64,000 nt of DNA, from NCBI GenBank assembly GCA_039915665.1, contig JBDSMW010000011.1, positions 1,883 to 65,882 on the forward strand, read 5' to 3'. The number at the start of each line of letters is the position of its first letter. The stretch's first letter is position 1. Made by a program: the position numbers and the translations under genes. This stretch comes from Nocardioidaceae bacterium (lineage in GTDB: Bacteria > Actinomycetota > Actinomycetes > Propionibacteriales > Nocardioidaceae). Of the stretch, positions 1-10,779 are shown piece after piece. The notes beneath the pieces were generated by a model. It saw only the letters and a program-made list of their open reading frames with translations. It did no database searches and was not told the origin of the DNA.

Positions 1-206
1 CCACCCCGTGCAGCCGAGGCGGACCCGCTGTCGTGCGACCGCACCACGATGAACGTGACGAGGGCCGCGACGGCGACGACCACGGCCGCGACGGTCAGGA
101 TCGTCCGTCTGCGCCGCCTCCGCCGGTCGCGCTCGGCCCGACGCAGCTGTTGACGCGCTGTCCCTGCCCGGGCGAGCTGGGTGCGTCGTCTCTTCTTGGT
201 GACCAC
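1..206 (-). CDS. Partial CDS (N-terminal part only): basic, single-TM-anchored protein, probably a membrane-anchored cyclophilin-type peptidyl-prolyl isomerase
   Basis: The minus-strand frame is open to the window edge, with a GTG at 206. Translation is [55 protein letters not shown]..., a Lys/Arg-rich segment plus one TM helix. This N-terminus and the position next to the MBL-hydrolase/hisS pair are typical of actinobacterial PPIases. The catalytic domain lies outside the window. Confidence 0.4.
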   Translation of the reverse strand, partial: MVTKKRRRTQLARAGTARQQLRRAERDRRRRRRRTILTVAAVVVAVAALVTFIVVRSHDSGSASAARG

Positions 207-309
207 GGACGGGAGTCTAGGTCGTGCCCGAGGTCGTCGTACGGCGCTACGCCGGTGCTCGCTAGGCTGCACGGGCCAGAGAACCCGAGCAGGACAGGAG
301 CGCACCGTC

Positions 310-1026
310 GTGCTCATCGCAGGCTTCCCCGCCGGACCGTGGGGCACCAACTGCTACGTGCTCGCGACGGGACCGGGCAGCGAGTGCGTGGTCGTCGACC
401 CCGGCAAGGACTCGGCGGACGGTGTCGCGGACATCGTCCGGGCGCACCGGCTCAAGCCGGTCTCGGTGCTGGTCTCGCACGGTCACATCGACCACATGTG
501 GTCCGTCGCCCCGGTCTCCGGTGCCTACGACGCGACCGCGTGGATCCACCCGCGCGACCGGCACCTGCTCTCCGACCCCATGTCGGGGATGTCGAAGGAG
601 ACCGCCGGCATGCTGCTCGGCGGGAAGTACGAGTTCGTCGAGCCCGACCGCGTCGCCGAGCTCACCGACCTGCAGACCCTCCAGCTGGCCGGGCTCGACT
701 TCGTCGTCGACCACACTCCCGGGCACACCGAGGGCTCGGTGACCTTCCGGACGCCGTACGGCGAGCAGGGCGTGCCGGAGCTGATGCTGTCCGGCGACCT
801 GCTGTTCGCGGGCTCCATCGGCCGCACGGACCTGCCCGGCGGCGACCACCCGACGATGCTGCGCAGCCTGCGCGACAAGGTGCTGCCGCTCGCGGACGAC
901 ATCGTGGTGCTGCCCGGGCACGGTGAGCAGACCAGCATCGGCCGCGAGCGCGCCACCAACCCCTTCCTGCAGGACCTGCTTCGCCCCGATGTCGACTCCG
1001 AGCCCGCCCCGAACCGAGGCCTCTGA
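310..1026 (+). CDS. MBL-fold metallo-hydrolase (glyoxalase II-like)
   Basis: HxHxDH motif (SHGHIDHMW) and DHTPGHTEGS are present. A GTG at 310 is preceded by AGGAG. The ORF track extends to 181, but the upstream part is Arg-rich and non-coding-like. Confidence 0.85.
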   Translation: MLIAGFPAGPWGTNCYVLATGPGSECVVVDPGKDSADGVADIVRAHRLKPVSVLVSHGHIDHMWSVAPVSGAYDATAWIHPRDRHLLSDPMSGMSKETAGMLLGGKYEFVEPDRVAELTDLQTLQLAGLDFVVDHTPGHTEGSVTFRTPYGEQGVPELMLSGDLLFAGSIGRTDLPGGDHPTMLRSLRDKVLPLADDIVVLPGHGEQTSIGRERATNPFLQDLLRPDVDSEPAPNRGL

Positions 1027-1029
1027 CCC

Positions 1030-2394
1030 ATGAGCAAGCCGACCGCGCTGAGCGGGTTTCCCGAGCTGCTGCCCGCCGACCGCGCCGTCGAGCGCGAGGT
1101 CGTCGCGTCCCTGGCGCGCACCTTCGAGCTCCACGGGTTCGCCAACATCGAGACGCGCGTGGTCGAGCCCCTCGACCGGCTGGCCAAGGGCGGTGAGATC
1201 GACAAGGAGATCTACGTCCTGCGCCGCCTGCAGGCCGGTGACACCGACGCCGACGCCGGCCTCGGGCTGCACTTCGACCTGACCGTGCCGTTCGCGCGCT
1301 ACGTCCTCGAGCACGCGGGCCACCTCGAGTTCCCGTTCCGCCGGTTCCAGATCCAGCCGGCCTGGCGCGGCGAGCGCCCGCAGGAGGGTCGCTACCGCCA
1401 GTTCACCCAGGCCGACGTCGACATCGTCGGCCGCGACGAGCTGCCGTTCCACCACGACGTCGAGGTGATGCGGGTGATGGTCGAGGCACTCGACGCCCTG
1501 CCGCTGCCGCCGCTCAGCTTCCAGTTCAACAACCGCAAGCTGATCCAGGGGTTCTACCGCGGGCTCGGCCTGCCCGATGTCACGGCCGCTATCCGCACCA
1601 TCGACAAGCTCGACAAGCTGCCCGAGCAGACCGTCGCCGACCTGCTGGTCTCCGACGCCGGGGCGACCCCCGAGCAGGCCGCGCGGTGCCTGGAGCTGGC
1701 GACCATCCGGGTGCCCGACACCTCGTTCGTCGACCGGGTCCGGGCGTTGGGCGTGCAGGACGACCTGCTCGACGAAGGGCTGGCCGAGCTGGCTGCGGTC
1801 GTCGAGGGCTGCGCCGTCGGTGGGCACGAGCACGTCACCGTCGAGGCCAACCTCCGGATCGCCCGCGGCCTGGACTACTACACCGGCACCGTCGTCGAGA
1901 TCTTCATGAGCGGCTACGAACGGCTCAAGTCCGTGGGTGGTGGCGGTCGCTACGACGCCCTCGCGACGGACGGCAGGACGACCTACCCGGGCGTCGGCGT
2001 CTCCTTCGGCGTCTCGCGGACCCTGGTGCCGCTGCTCTCCGACGGCGTCCTCTCCGGCAGCCGGGCCGTGCCGAGCGCGGTCCTGGTCGCGCTCACCTCC
2101 GAGGAGACCCGTCCCGCGGCCGGCGTGGTCGCGTCCGCGCTGCGCGCCCGCGGCATCCCGACCGAGGTCGCCGCGACCCCGCAGAAGTTCGGCAAGCAGA
2201 TCCGGTACGCCGAGCGGCGGGGCATCCCTTACGTCTGGTTCCCCGGATCGGACGACGCCACTGACCACCGGGCCGACCAGGTCAAGGACATCCGGAGCGG
2301 GGACCAGCTCGACGCCGACGTGGCCACCTGGACCCCACCCACCGAGGACCTGCGTCCGCAGGTCGTCGTCACCAACAAGGAGCAGTCACCGTGA
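1030..2394 (+). CDS. hisS: Histidine--tRNA ligase
   Basis: 454 aa with class II aaRS/HisRS motifs ([31 protein letters not shown]). There is a GTGA overlap with aspS. Confidence 0.93.
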   Translation: MSKPTALSGFPELLPADRAVEREVVASLARTFELHGFANIETRVVEPLDRLAKGGEIDKEIYVLRRLQAGDTDADAGLGLHFDLTVPFARYVLEHAGHLEFPFRRFQIQPAWRGERPQEGRYRQFTQADVDIVGRDELPFHHDVEVMRVMVEALDALPLPPLSFQFNNRKLIQGFYRGLGLPDVTAAIRTIDKLDKLPEQTVADLLVSDAGATPEQAARCLELATIRVPDTSFVDRVRALGVQDDLLDEGLAELAAVVEGCAVGGHEHVTVEANLRIARGLDYYTGTVVEIFMSGYERLKSVGGGGRYDALATDGRTTYPGVGVSFGVSRTLVPLLSDGVLSGSRAVPSAVLVALTSEETRPAAGVVASALRARGIPTEVAATPQKFGKQIRYAERRGIPYVWFPGSDDATDHRADQVKDIRSGDQLDADVATWTPPTEDLRPQVVVTNKEQSP

Positions 2395-4178
2395 TCCGCA
2401 CCCACGACGCAGGCAGCCTGCGCGCCGAGCACGTCGGACAGAGCGTGACCCTGGCGGGCTGGGTGGCCCGGCGCCGCGACCACGGCGGCGTGGCGTTCAT
2501 CGACCTGCGGGAGGCCTCCGGGGTCGTCCAGGTGGTCATCCGCGACGAGGCCGTGGCGCACAACCTGCGCTCCGAGTTCTGCCTGAAGATCACCGGCGAG
2601 GTCTCCGCACGCCCGGCGGGCAACCAGAACGCCAACCTGCCCACCGGCGAGATCGAGGTGATCGCCGCCGCCGACGGAGGCGTCGAGGTGCTCAGCGCCG
2701 CGGCGACCCTGCCGTTCCCCATCGACGACCACGTGGAGGTGGGGGAGGAGGTGCGCCTGTCGCACCGCTACCTCGACCTGCGCCGCAGCGGACCGGCCGC
2801 CGCCCTCCGGCTGCGCAGCGAGGTGAACCGCGCCGCTCGGGAGGTGCTGCACGACGAGGGCTTCGTGGAGATCGAGACGCCCACGCTGACCAGGTCGACC
2901 CCCGAGGGCGCCCGCGACTTCCTGGTGCCGGCCCGCCTGCAGCCCGGCAGCTGGTACGCCCTGCCGCAGAGCCCCCAGCTGTTCAAGCAGCTCTTGATGG
3001 TGGCCGGCATGGAGCGCTACTTCCAGATCGCCCGCTGCTACCGCGACGAGGACTTCCGCGCCGACCGGCAGCCCGAGTTCACCCAGCTCGACATCGAGAT
3101 GAGCTTCGTCGAGCAGGACGACGTGATCGCCCTGGCCGAGGACGTGCTCACGTCGGTGTGGAAGCTCATCGGGCACGAGATCACCACCCCCATCCCGCGG
3201 ATGACCTACGCCGACGCGATGGCGCGCTACGGCAGCGACAAGCCTGACCTGCGCGTCGACCTCGAGCTGACCGAGTGCACCGACTACTTCAAGGACACGC
3301 CGTTCCGGGTGTTCCAGGCGGCGTACGTCGGCGCGGTGGTGATGCCCGGTGGAGCGAGCCAGCCGCGCAAGCAGCTCGACGCCTGGCAGGAGTGGGCCAA
3401 GCAGCGCGGCGCCAAGGGGCTGGCCTACGTCCTGGTCCAGGACGACGGCGAGCTCGGCGGTCCGGTCGCCAAGAACCTCAGCGACGAGGAGAAGGCCGGT
3501 CTGGCCGCTCACGTGGGCGCACAGCCCGGCGACTGCGTGTTCTTCGCCGCCGGTCCGGTCAAGTCCTCCCGGTCTCTGCTGGGCGCCGCCCGCCTCGAGA
3601 TCGGCCGCCGCTGCGACCTGATCGACGAGTTCGCGTGGAGCTTCCTCTGGGTCGTCGACGCCCCGCTCTTCGAGCCCGCCGGGGACGCCACGGCGGCCGG
3701 TGACGTCGCGGTGGGCAGCGGCGCGTGGACCGCCGTCCACCACGCCTTCACCTCGCCCAAGCCCGAGCACGTCGACACGTTCGAAACCGAGCCTGGCGAG
3801 GCGCTGGCCTACGCCTACGACATCGTCTGCAACGGCAACGAGATCGGTGGCGGCTCCATCCGTATCCACCGGGAGGACGTGCAGAAGCGCGTGTTCGCGG
3901 TGATGGGCCTCTCCGAGGCCGAGGCCGAGGAGAAGTTCGGCTTCCTGCTGCAGGCGTTCAAGTTCGGCGCGCCCCCGCACGGCGGCATCGCCTTCGGCTG
4001 GGACCGGATCTGCGCCCTGCTCGCGGGCACCGACTCGATCCGCGACGTGATCGCCTTCCCCAAGACCGGTGCGGGCTACGACCCGTTGACCGCGGCACCC
4101 GCGGCCATCACGGCCGAGCAGCGCAAGGAGGCGGGCGTCGACGCCCGTCCCGAGCGTTCCGGTGACCCCGTCGCCTGA
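2391..4178 (+). CDS. aspS: Aspartate--tRNA ligase
   Basis: 595 aa with [30 protein letters not shown] (OB fold), [22 protein letters not shown] and GGGSIRIH motifs. Confidence 0.95.
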   Translation: MIRTHDAGSLRAEHVGQSVTLAGWVARRRDHGGVAFIDLREASGVVQVVIRDEAVAHNLRSEFCLKITGEVSARPAGNQNANLPTGEIEVIAAADGGVEVLSAAATLPFPIDDHVEVGEEVRLSHRYLDLRRSGPAAALRLRSEVNRAAREVLHDEGFVEIETPTLTRSTPEGARDFLVPARLQPGSWYALPQSPQLFKQLLMVAGMERYFQIARCYRDEDFRADRQPEFTQLDIEMSFVEQDDVIALAEDVLTSVWKLIGHEITTPIPRMTYADAMARYGSDKPDLRVDLELTECTDYFKDTPFRVFQAAYVGAVVMPGGASQPRKQLDAWQEWAKQRGAKGLAYVLVQDDGELGGPVAKNLSDEEKAGLAAHVGAQPGDCVFFAAGPVKSSRSLLGAARLEIGRRCDLIDEFAWSFLWVVDAPLFEPAGDATAAGDVAVGSGAWTAVHHAFTSPKPEHVDTFETEPGEALAYAYDIVCNGNEIGGGSIRIHREDVQKRVFAVMGLSEAEAEEKFGFLLQAFKFGAPPHGGIAFGWDRICALLAGTDSIRDVIAFPKTGAGYDPLTAAPAAITAEQRKEAGVDARPERSGDPVA

Positions 4179-4332
4179 CCGGTTCGTGGCAAATCGCTTG
4201 GTATCAAACCGTTACCTCGCGTGAACCAAACATTGTCCGCGGGTCGTCTAGAGTCCACTTCGGCTCGGGGTCGACAACCTGCCCGCCTCACCAGGCGAGA
4301 GCAGTGGCCCGGAGTCGGCCTCGACCAGAAAG

Positions 4333-5340
4333 GTGACCATGGGTATCCAGCCCACGGAGTTGTCGACAGACGACGTCCACGAGGACGCCGATGTTGCCGT
4401 CAGGGAGGAAGTCGCCGGTCGTTCACCGACCCAGATCGCTCTCACTCGTCTCAAGGCCGACAAAATCGCCGTCACCTGCATCATCGTGGTCATCCTGTTC
4501 GTGCTCATCGCCGCACTGGCCCCGCTGCTGACCAAGCTGTTCGGGGTCGAGCTGCACCAAGGCAACCCGGTCACCGATCTCGACCAGTTCAACTTCCCCA
4601 ACTACGGCCCGCCCGACCACGGCTTCACGTGGAAGGCGCCGCTCGGCATCGCGCCGAACACCGCCAACGACCTGACCGCCGAGTGGTTCTACGGCGCTCG
4701 GACCTCGCTCTTCGTGGCCACCGTCTCGACAGTCGTGGCGACGATCATCGGTGTCGTGGTCGGCCTGTTCGCCGGCTTCAGTCGCGGCTGGCTCGATCGC
4801 CTGATCAACTTCGTCATCGACGTTTTCCTGTCGCTGCCGTTCATCCTGGTCGCCCTGGCCCTCGCGCCGATCATCGTCGGCCGGTTCGGCTCGCAGCCCG
4901 GCAGGCTCGTGATGTGGCAGTTCATCTCGCTGCTGACGGTGCTCTCCCTGTTTGGCTGGATGACCCTGGCCCGGCTGGTGCGGGGCGAGGTGCTCTCCCT
5001 ACGCGAGCGCGAGTTCGTGATGGCCGCCCGGGTGATCGGGGTGCCGACGCGGCGCATCCTGTTCAAGGAGCTGTTGCCCAACCTGATCGCGCCGATCATC
5101 GTGTCGATCTCGCTGGGGCTGCCGGCCTTCGTGACCGCCGAGGCCGGCCTGGCCTTCCTGGGCATCGGCGTGACCGGCTACCCGTCGTGGGGCCAGACGA
5201 TCAACAAGGCCGTCAACTACTTCAACACCTACCCGATCTACCTCTACGCGCCCGTGCTGGGGATCCTGGTCCTCGTCATGGCGCTGAACCTCCTCGGGGA
5301 CGCCGTCCGCGACGCCTTCGACCCCAAGACTCGCCGGTAA
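4333..5340 (+). CDS. Peptide ABC transporter permease (OppC/DppC type)
   Basis: 335 aa polytopic protein. It has the OppC-like N-terminal TM segment and an EAA-type loop (REREFVMAARVIGVPTRRILFKELLPN). Confidence 0.88.
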   Translation: MTMGIQPTELSTDDVHEDADVAVREEVAGRSPTQIALTRLKADKIAVTCIIVVILFVLIAALAPLLTKLFGVELHQGNPVTDLDQFNFPNYGPPDHGFTWKAPLGIAPNTANDLTAEWFYGARTSLFVATVSTVVATIIGVVVGLFAGFSRGWLDRLINFVIDVFLSLPFILVALALAPIIVGRFGSQPGRLVMWQFISLLTVLSLFGWMTLARLVRGEVLSLREREFVMAARVIGVPTRRILFKELLPNLIAPIIVSISLGLPAFVTAEAGLAFLGIGVTGYPSWGQTINKAVNYFNTYPIYLYAPVLGILVLVMALNLLGDAVRDAFDPKTRR

Positions 5341-5392
5341 TCTCACCGGTCTGAGAAAGCATCGACCAGTCAAGAAAGGTGGGTACACCTTG

Positions 5393-7159
5393 ATGCGCAT
5401 GAAGAAGCCAGCCGTGGTCTTTGCCACTGCAGCTCTGATGACCCTCGCTGCCTGTGGTGGTGGCAGCGGGAGCTCGAAGGGCCCCAGCGCCAACCCGACC
5501 AACGCAGGGAACGGCGGCAGCGCCGGATCCTTCAAGAACGCCGACGCTAAGGCGCCGCTCGCAGTGCCGAGCGACGCGTCGACGGGGGGCACCTTCACGG
5601 TGCTCACCAACCAGGTCCCGTCCACGCTCGACCCGACGCAGGCCTACTACACGGACTCGACCGCGATCCTGTCCGACCTGGTGCTCCGTTCGCTCACGCA
5701 GTACGCGTACGACCCGGACACCAACGACATGCAGCTCATCCCCGACATGGCGGTCGACCTCGGCAAGCCGAGCGCGGACAACAAGTCGTGGACCTTCACG
5801 CTGCGTGACGGCCTGAAGTACGAGGACGGCACCGCCGTCAAGGCCGAGGACGTGGCCTACGCCGTCAAGCGCTCGTTCGCCATCGCCGAGCTGCCGGACG
5901 GCCCGACCTACCAGACGACGTTCTTCCTGGACGGCGACAAGTACAAGGGTCCGTTCAAGGACAAGGGCGACTACGCCGGTGTCACCACGAGCGGCAACGA
6001 CATCACCATCAAGATGCGTCGCCCGTTCACGGACATGGACTACTACGCCTCGTTCCCGACCTTCACCGCGATCCCGCAGGCCAAGGACAACCCGCAGACC
6101 TACGGCAAGAAGCCGCTGGCCACCGGTCCCTACAAGTTCGCCGACTACAAGCCGGGTACCGAGCTCAAGCTGGTCAAGAACGACCAGTGGGACCCCAACT
6201 CCGACCCGGGCCGCCTGCAGGCCGTCGACGGATGGGACTTCAAGTTCGGCCAGGACACGGCCAAGCTCGAGAACGTCATCATCAACGACAAGGGCTCGTC
6301 GCAGACCACGCTGACCTACGACAACGTGACGCCGTCGTCCTACCGCGCCATCTCCTCGGACAAGGGTCGCCTCGTGACCGGCACTTCGCCGTGCACCTAC
6401 ATGTGGTACCTCGACACGACCAAGATCAAGGAGCTCGAGGTCCGTCAGGCCATCGGCTGGGCTTACCCGTACCAGGCGGCGTGGAAGGCCGGCGGCGAGA
6501 TCCAGGGTCTGACCCGCGTTCCCGGCACCGCGATCCTGCCCCCGGGCACCGCCGGTCGAGTCGACTACCAGGCCCTCGACGGCCAGGACGGCAAGACCAC
6601 GGACCCGGCCAAGGCCAAGGCGCTCCTGAGCAAGGCCGGCTACAAGCCGGGTGAGTACGAGCTCAAGTTCCTGTTCGCGACCGACGACGACCAGTCCGTG
6701 GCCGCGAAGAACGAGATCGTCAAGGGCCTCAAGGCGGCAGGCTTCAAGGCCACGCCGATCGCCTCGACCTCGGAGACGATCCGCACCGACCGCACCGACT
6801 ACAAGTCGCCGATCAACGTGCGCTCCAGCGGATGGTGCTCGGACTGGCCGACCGGTGGCTCGTGGTTCCCGGCCCAGTGGGCCGGCAGCCTCGTCGGGGT
6901 CGAGGGAATGCCGAACATCGCCAACTTCAAGCAGGCGGACATGGATGCCCAGCAGAACAAGATCCTGGACACTATGACTCCGGAAGAGGCCGGTCCCGCG
7001 TGGGGCGAGTTCGACAAGACCATGGAGACCAAGTACTACCCCGCGGTCAACACCGGCTACTCCGGCACGGCCATGATCCACGGCTCCAAGGTCGGCGGCA
7101 TGGACAACGACAACGTGCGCGGCATGCCGACGTTCGCCCGGATGTACATCACCAAGTGA
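5393..7159 (+). CDS. Peptide/nickel ABC transporter substrate-binding lipoprotein (family 5 SBP)
   Basis: Lipobox signal MRMKKPAVVFATAALMTLAACGGGSGSS, about 590 aa with family-5 SBP-like composition. It sits between the two permease genes. Confidence 0.85.
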   Translation: MRMKKPAVVFATAALMTLAACGGGSGSSKGPSANPTNAGNGGSAGSFKNADAKAPLAVPSDASTGGTFTVLTNQVPSTLDPTQAYYTDSTAILSDLVLRSLTQYAYDPDTNDMQLIPDMAVDLGKPSADNKSWTFTLRDGLKYEDGTAVKAEDVAYAVKRSFAIAELPDGPTYQTTFFLDGDKYKGPFKDKGDYAGVTTSGNDITIKMRRPFTDMDYYASFPTFTAIPQAKDNPQTYGKKPLATGPYKFADYKPGTELKLVKNDQWDPNSDPGRLQAVDGWDFKFGQDTAKLENVIINDKGSSQTTLTYDNVTPSSYRAISSDKGRLVTGTSPCTYMWYLDTTKIKELEVRQAIGWAYPYQAAWKAGGEIQGLTRVPGTAILPPGTAGRVDYQALDGQDGKTTDPAKAKALLSKAGYKPGEYELKFLFATDDDQSVAAKNEIVKGLKAAGFKATPIASTSETIRTDRTDYKSPINVRSSGWCSDWPTGGSWFPAQWAGSLVGVEGMPNIANFKQADMDAQQNKILDTMTPEEAGPAWGEFDKTMETKYYPAVNTGYSGTAMIHGSKVGGMDNDNVRGMPTFARMYITK

Positions 7160-7192
7160 CACCTGACGCTCGATCCTGAGCGTTGAGCGACC

Positions 7193-7226
7193 CCGATGGG
7201 GGCGGGCCTCCACCCGCCCCCATCGG
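7193..7226 (+). promoter_or_regulatory. Perfect 14-bp GC-rich stem-loop directly after the SBP gene (intercistronic mRNA stabiliser/attenuator candidate)
   Basis: CCGATGGGGGCGGG-cctcca-CCCGCCCCCATCGG with no U-tract. It is flanked by smaller hairpins at 7166-7183 and 7245-7276. Confidence 0.6.
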
Positions 7227-7311
7227 AACGCCACCCCTGCACACCACCTCCATGGCCGTTACCATCGGTGGAGGTGAACCACCGGCTCCCAGCCAAGAGG
7301 AGTACCAACGG

Positions 7312-8307
7312 ATGTTCGGCTACATCGTGAGGCGCGTCATCTCGGGACTCCTGGTCCTCCTCGTGGTCACCATCTCGGTGTTCGCATTGTTCTTCTACGG
7401 ACCCGCGGACCCGGCCCTCGCCTACTGCCCCGAGACAAGGTGCACGCCGGCTCGACTCGCCCAGATCACCACGAGCCTGGGTCTCGACCAGCCGGTGGTC
7501 GAGCAGTACGGCAAGTACATGAAGGGCATCTTCGTCGGGAACGACTTCCAGGCCGGCGCCATCACGATCCCCTGTGACGCGCCCTGCCTCGGCGTCTCCT
7601 TCAAGCTGCGCGTGAACGTCACCAACTACCTGCTGGCCCGGTTCCCCGCGACGCTGTCGATCGCCCTGGGAGGCGCCGTGATCTTCCTGACCGTGGGCGT
7701 GAGCAGCGGCATCTTCGCGGCCAGACGCAGAGGCACCTTGGCCGACAAGGGGATCGTGGGCGTCAGCCTGGTCATCAACGCGATCCCGTACTACCTGCTC
7801 GCCCTGCTGGCCTACCTCCTGCTCATCAGCAAGTGGGGCATCTTCCCGGAGAGCGGCTACCACGGCCTGCTCTCCGAAGGCCCGATCGCCTGGTTCAAGG
7901 GCCTCTTCCTGGCCTGGGTGGTGGTCGGCATCTCCTCCTCGACGCAGTACGCCCGGTTCAGTCGCGGCTCGATGATCGAGTCCATGAACGAGGACTACGT
8001 GCGCACCGCCCGGGCCAAGGGTCTCAGCGAGCGGCGCGTCACCATGAAGCACGCGCTCCGCGCAGCCATCGTCCCGGTGGTCACGATCTTCGGTCTCGAG
8101 TTCGCCTACCTGCTGGCCGGCACGATCTTCACCGAGCGGATCTTCGACATCCAGGGGATCGGGTTGACCGGTCTGCAGGCGATCGGCACCAAGGACCTGC
8201 CGATCATCTCGGCCACCGTGCTGATCGGAGCCGCGTTCATCGTGGTCGCCAACCTCTTCGTCGACATCATCTACAGCGTCATCGACCCGAGAGTGCGCCT
8301 GTCATGA
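7312..8307 (+). CDS. Peptide ABC transporter permease (OppB/DppB type)
   Basis: The protein starts MFGYIVRRVISGLLVLLVV (typical OppB N-terminus) with AGAGGAG upstream, and has the EAA loop EDYVRTARAKGLSERRV. The ORF track start at 7183 is probably too far upstream. Confidence 0.88.
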   Translation: MFGYIVRRVISGLLVLLVVTISVFALFFYGPADPALAYCPETRCTPARLAQITTSLGLDQPVVEQYGKYMKGIFVGNDFQAGAITIPCDAPCLGVSFKLRVNVTNYLLARFPATLSIALGGAVIFLTVGVSSGIFAARRRGTLADKGIVGVSLVINAIPYYLLALLAYLLLISKWGIFPESGYHGLLSEGPIAWFKGLFLAWVVVGISSSTQYARFSRGSMIESMNEDYVRTARAKGLSERRVTMKHALRAAIVPVVTIFGLEFAYLLAGTIFTERIFDIQGIGLTGLQAIGTKDLPIISATVLIGAAFIVVANLFVDIIYSVIDPRVRLS

Positions 8308-9485
8308 CCGAGACCTCCCAGCGCCCCGCGGACCACTCTTCCGGCGCTCCGGCCACCGAGCCCTACCTGGTGGTCGAGGACCTCACGGTCCGCTTCCCGA
8401 CAGCAGACGGCCTCGTGCAGGCCGTCACCGACATGAGCTACACCCTCGAGCAGGGCAAGACCCTCGGCATCGTCGGTGAGTCCGGCTCCGGCAAGAGCGT
8501 CTCGTCGATGGCGATCATGGGGCTGCACGACTACAAGCGCACCCGCATGTCGGGCTCGATCCGGGTGGGGGGCCGCGAGGTCGTCGGCCTGTCGAGCGAG
8601 AAGATGCGCAGCATCCGCGGCGGCGACGTCTCGATGATCTTCCAGGATCCGTTGACCTCGCTGCACCCCTTCTACAGCATCGGGTCGCAGATCTCCGAGG
8701 CCTACGTCGCGCACAACAAGGTCTCGAAGAAGCAGGCCCGCACCAAGGCCATCGAGATGCTCGACCGGGTCGGCATCCCGCAGCCCAAGAATCGCGTGGA
8801 CGACTTCCCGCACCAGTTCTCCGGCGGCATGCGCCAGCGCGCGATGATTGCGATGGCCTTGGTCAACGACCCCAAGCTGCTGATCGCGGACGAGCCGACC
8901 ACGGCCCTCGATGTGACGGTGCAGGCGCAGATCCTGGACCTGCTCCAGGAGCTCCAGCGGGACTTCAACTCGGCGATCATCATCATCACCCACGACCTCG
9001 GCGTGGTGGCCGAGATGGCGGACGAGGTGCTGGTCATGTACGGCGGCCGGGCGGTCGAGGTCGGACCGACCCGGGAGCTGCTGACCCACCCGGAGATGCC
9101 CTACACCTGGGGGTTGCTCTCCAGCGTCCCCGACGTCAACGCGGACACCGACGCCCGGCTGATCCCGATCCCCGGCAACCCGCCCAGCCTGCTCGACCCG
9201 CCTTCGGGCTGCTCGTTCCATCCGCGTTGTGCCCACAAGGACAAGGTGCCCGGCGACCTCTGCAGCACCGAGCTGCCGGAGCTCAGGCTGGGCAACCGGC
9301 CGGGACACACGAAACGGTGCCACCTCGCCGACCCCGACTCGATCTACGCGTCCGAGGTGTTGCCCGAGATCGCCCCCGACTTCGTCGAGCCGACGCTCTC
9401 GGACTCCGCTCCCTCCGACCACGACGACCGGCCCGGCCCCAACGCGACCCCCGGTGACGGGGCCATTACGCCCGGAAACCGCTGA
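8304..9485 (+). CDS. Peptide ABC transporter ATP-binding protein (OppD/DppD type)
   Basis: ATGA overlap with the permease stop. Walker A GESGSGKS, signature FSGGMRQR, Walker B LLIADEPTTALD and a C-terminal oligopeptide-ATPase Cys motif are present. Confidence 0.92.
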   Translation: MTETSQRPADHSSGAPATEPYLVVEDLTVRFPTADGLVQAVTDMSYTLEQGKTLGIVGESGSGKSVSSMAIMGLHDYKRTRMSGSIRVGGREVVGLSSEKMRSIRGGDVSMIFQDPLTSLHPFYSIGSQISEAYVAHNKVSKKQARTKAIEMLDRVGIPQPKNRVDDFPHQFSGGMRQRAMIAMALVNDPKLLIADEPTTALDVTVQAQILDLLQELQRDFNSAIIIITHDLGVVAEMADEVLVMYGGRAVEVGPTRELLTHPEMPYTWGLLSSVPDVNADTDARLIPIPGNPPSLLDPPSGCSFHPRCAHKDKVPGDLCSTELPELRLGNRPGHTKRCHLADPDSIYASEVLPEIAPDFVEPTLSDSAPSDHDDRPGPNATPGDGAITPGNR

Positions 9486-9493
9486 CGAGGACA

Positions 9494-10762
9494 ATGACTG
9501 CTATGACACGACCTGACGTCGAGCCTGCCGCCACGCCAGCGGGGGACCCCCGGACCCCGATCCTTGAGGTCACGAGCCTCACGAAGTACTTCCCGATCAA
9601 GTCCGCGGGCCTGTTGCGCCGAAGCATCGGCTCGGTGCAGGCCGTCGACGGCGTCTCCTTCCAGGTGGAGCGGGGGAGTGCGCTCGGGCTGGTGGGCGAG
9701 TCGGGCTGCGGCAAGTCGACGACCGGCCGGCTCATCACGCGGCTCTACGACCCGACGTCGGGGTCCATGAAGTTCGACGGTCGGGAGATCGGCAACCTCT
9801 CGAACAAGCAGATGCTGCCGCTGCGCAGCGAGATCCAGATGATCTTCCAGGACCCGTACAGCTCGCTGAACCCGCGGCACACGGTCGGCACCATCGTGGG
9901 CACGCCGCTGCGGGTCCACAAGATGGTCCCCGAGAACAGAGTCCTGGATCGGGTCCGAGAGCTGCTCAAGGTCGTGGGCCTGAACCCCGAGCACTACAAC
10001 CGCTACCCCAACGAGTTCTCCGGCGGCCAACGTCAGCGCATCGGCATCGCCCGCGCGCTGGCCCTGCAGCCGAAGCTGCTGGTGGCCGACGAGCCGGTCT
10101 CCGCCCTCGACGTGTCCATCCAGGCGCAGGTGGTCAACCTGCTGCAGGACGTGCAGCGCGAGTTCGGCATCGCGTTCCTGTTCATCGCCCACGACCTCGC
10201 GGTGGTCCGGCACTTCTGCCCCGAGATCGCGGTGATGTACCTCGGCAAGATCGTGGAGATCGCGGACCGGGAGACCCTCTACGGCACCCCGCACCACCCC
10301 TACACGCAGGCACTGCTCTCCGCCGTCCCGGACGTGAAGCAGGCCGCGGTCGGTGGTCGTCGCGAGAGGATCCGGCTCGCCGGCGACGTGCCCAGCCCGA
10401 TCAACCCGCCCTCGGGCTGCCGCTTCCGCACCCGCTGCTGGATGGCCCAGGACATCTGCGCCAAGGTCGAGCCGCCGCTGCTCCAGATCGGCAAGAGCCA
10501 CAAGGTCGCCTGCCACTTCGCGGGCGAGTTCGGCTCGATGCCGACCAGCCCGATCACGTTGAGCGCGCTCGGCGTGGACGGTCAGGGCAACGCGATCTCC
10601 GGTGCGAAGTCCTCCGACGAGGACTTCACCCGCCCGGGGTACGCCGCCACCTGGACCGACGTCGCGACGCACAAGTCGCAGTCCGACGCGCTGGTCGGGG
10701 CCGGCGGGATCGGCACCGGGATGAGCGACGAGCAGCGCGGCGAGGGCGGCAGCCGCCGCTGA
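9494..10762 (+). CDS. Peptide ABC transporter ATP-binding protein (OppF/DppF type) with a roughly 90 aa C-terminal extension
   Basis: Walker [10 protein letters not shown], signature FSGGQRQR, Walker [13 protein letters not shown] and a C-terminal Cys motif. Confidence 0.92.
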   Translation: MTAMTRPDVEPAATPAGDPRTPILEVTSLTKYFPIKSAGLLRRSIGSVQAVDGVSFQVERGSALGLVGESGCGKSTTGRLITRLYDPTSGSMKFDGREIGNLSNKQMLPLRSEIQMIFQDPYSSLNPRHTVGTIVGTPLRVHKMVPENRVLDRVRELLKVVGLNPEHYNRYPNEFSGGQRQRIGIARALALQPKLLVADEPVSALDVSIQAQVVNLLQDVQREFGIAFLFIAHDLAVVRHFCPEIAVMYLGKIVEIADRETLYGTPHHPYTQALLSAVPDVKQAAVGGRRERIRLAGDVPSPINPPSGCRFRTRCWMAQDICAKVEPPLLQIGKSHKVACHFAGEFGSMPTSPITLSALGVDGQGNAISGAKSSDEDFTRPGYAATWTDVATHKSQSDALVGAGGIGTGMSDEQRGEGGSRR

Positions 10763-10779
10763 CCGGCCGCGCGGATAGG

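Noticed and set aside
4179-4332. The locally low-GC spacer after aspS (GGCAAATCGCTTGGTATCAAACCGTTACCTCGCGTGAACCAAACATTG), considered as a tRNA, riboswitch or operator.
   Set aside because: It has no cloverleaf or known riboswitch core. It is most simply the promoter/5'-UTR of the peptide ABC operon, with a small CGCCT-cacc-AGGCG hairpin. I cannot define -35/-10 boxes with confidence.
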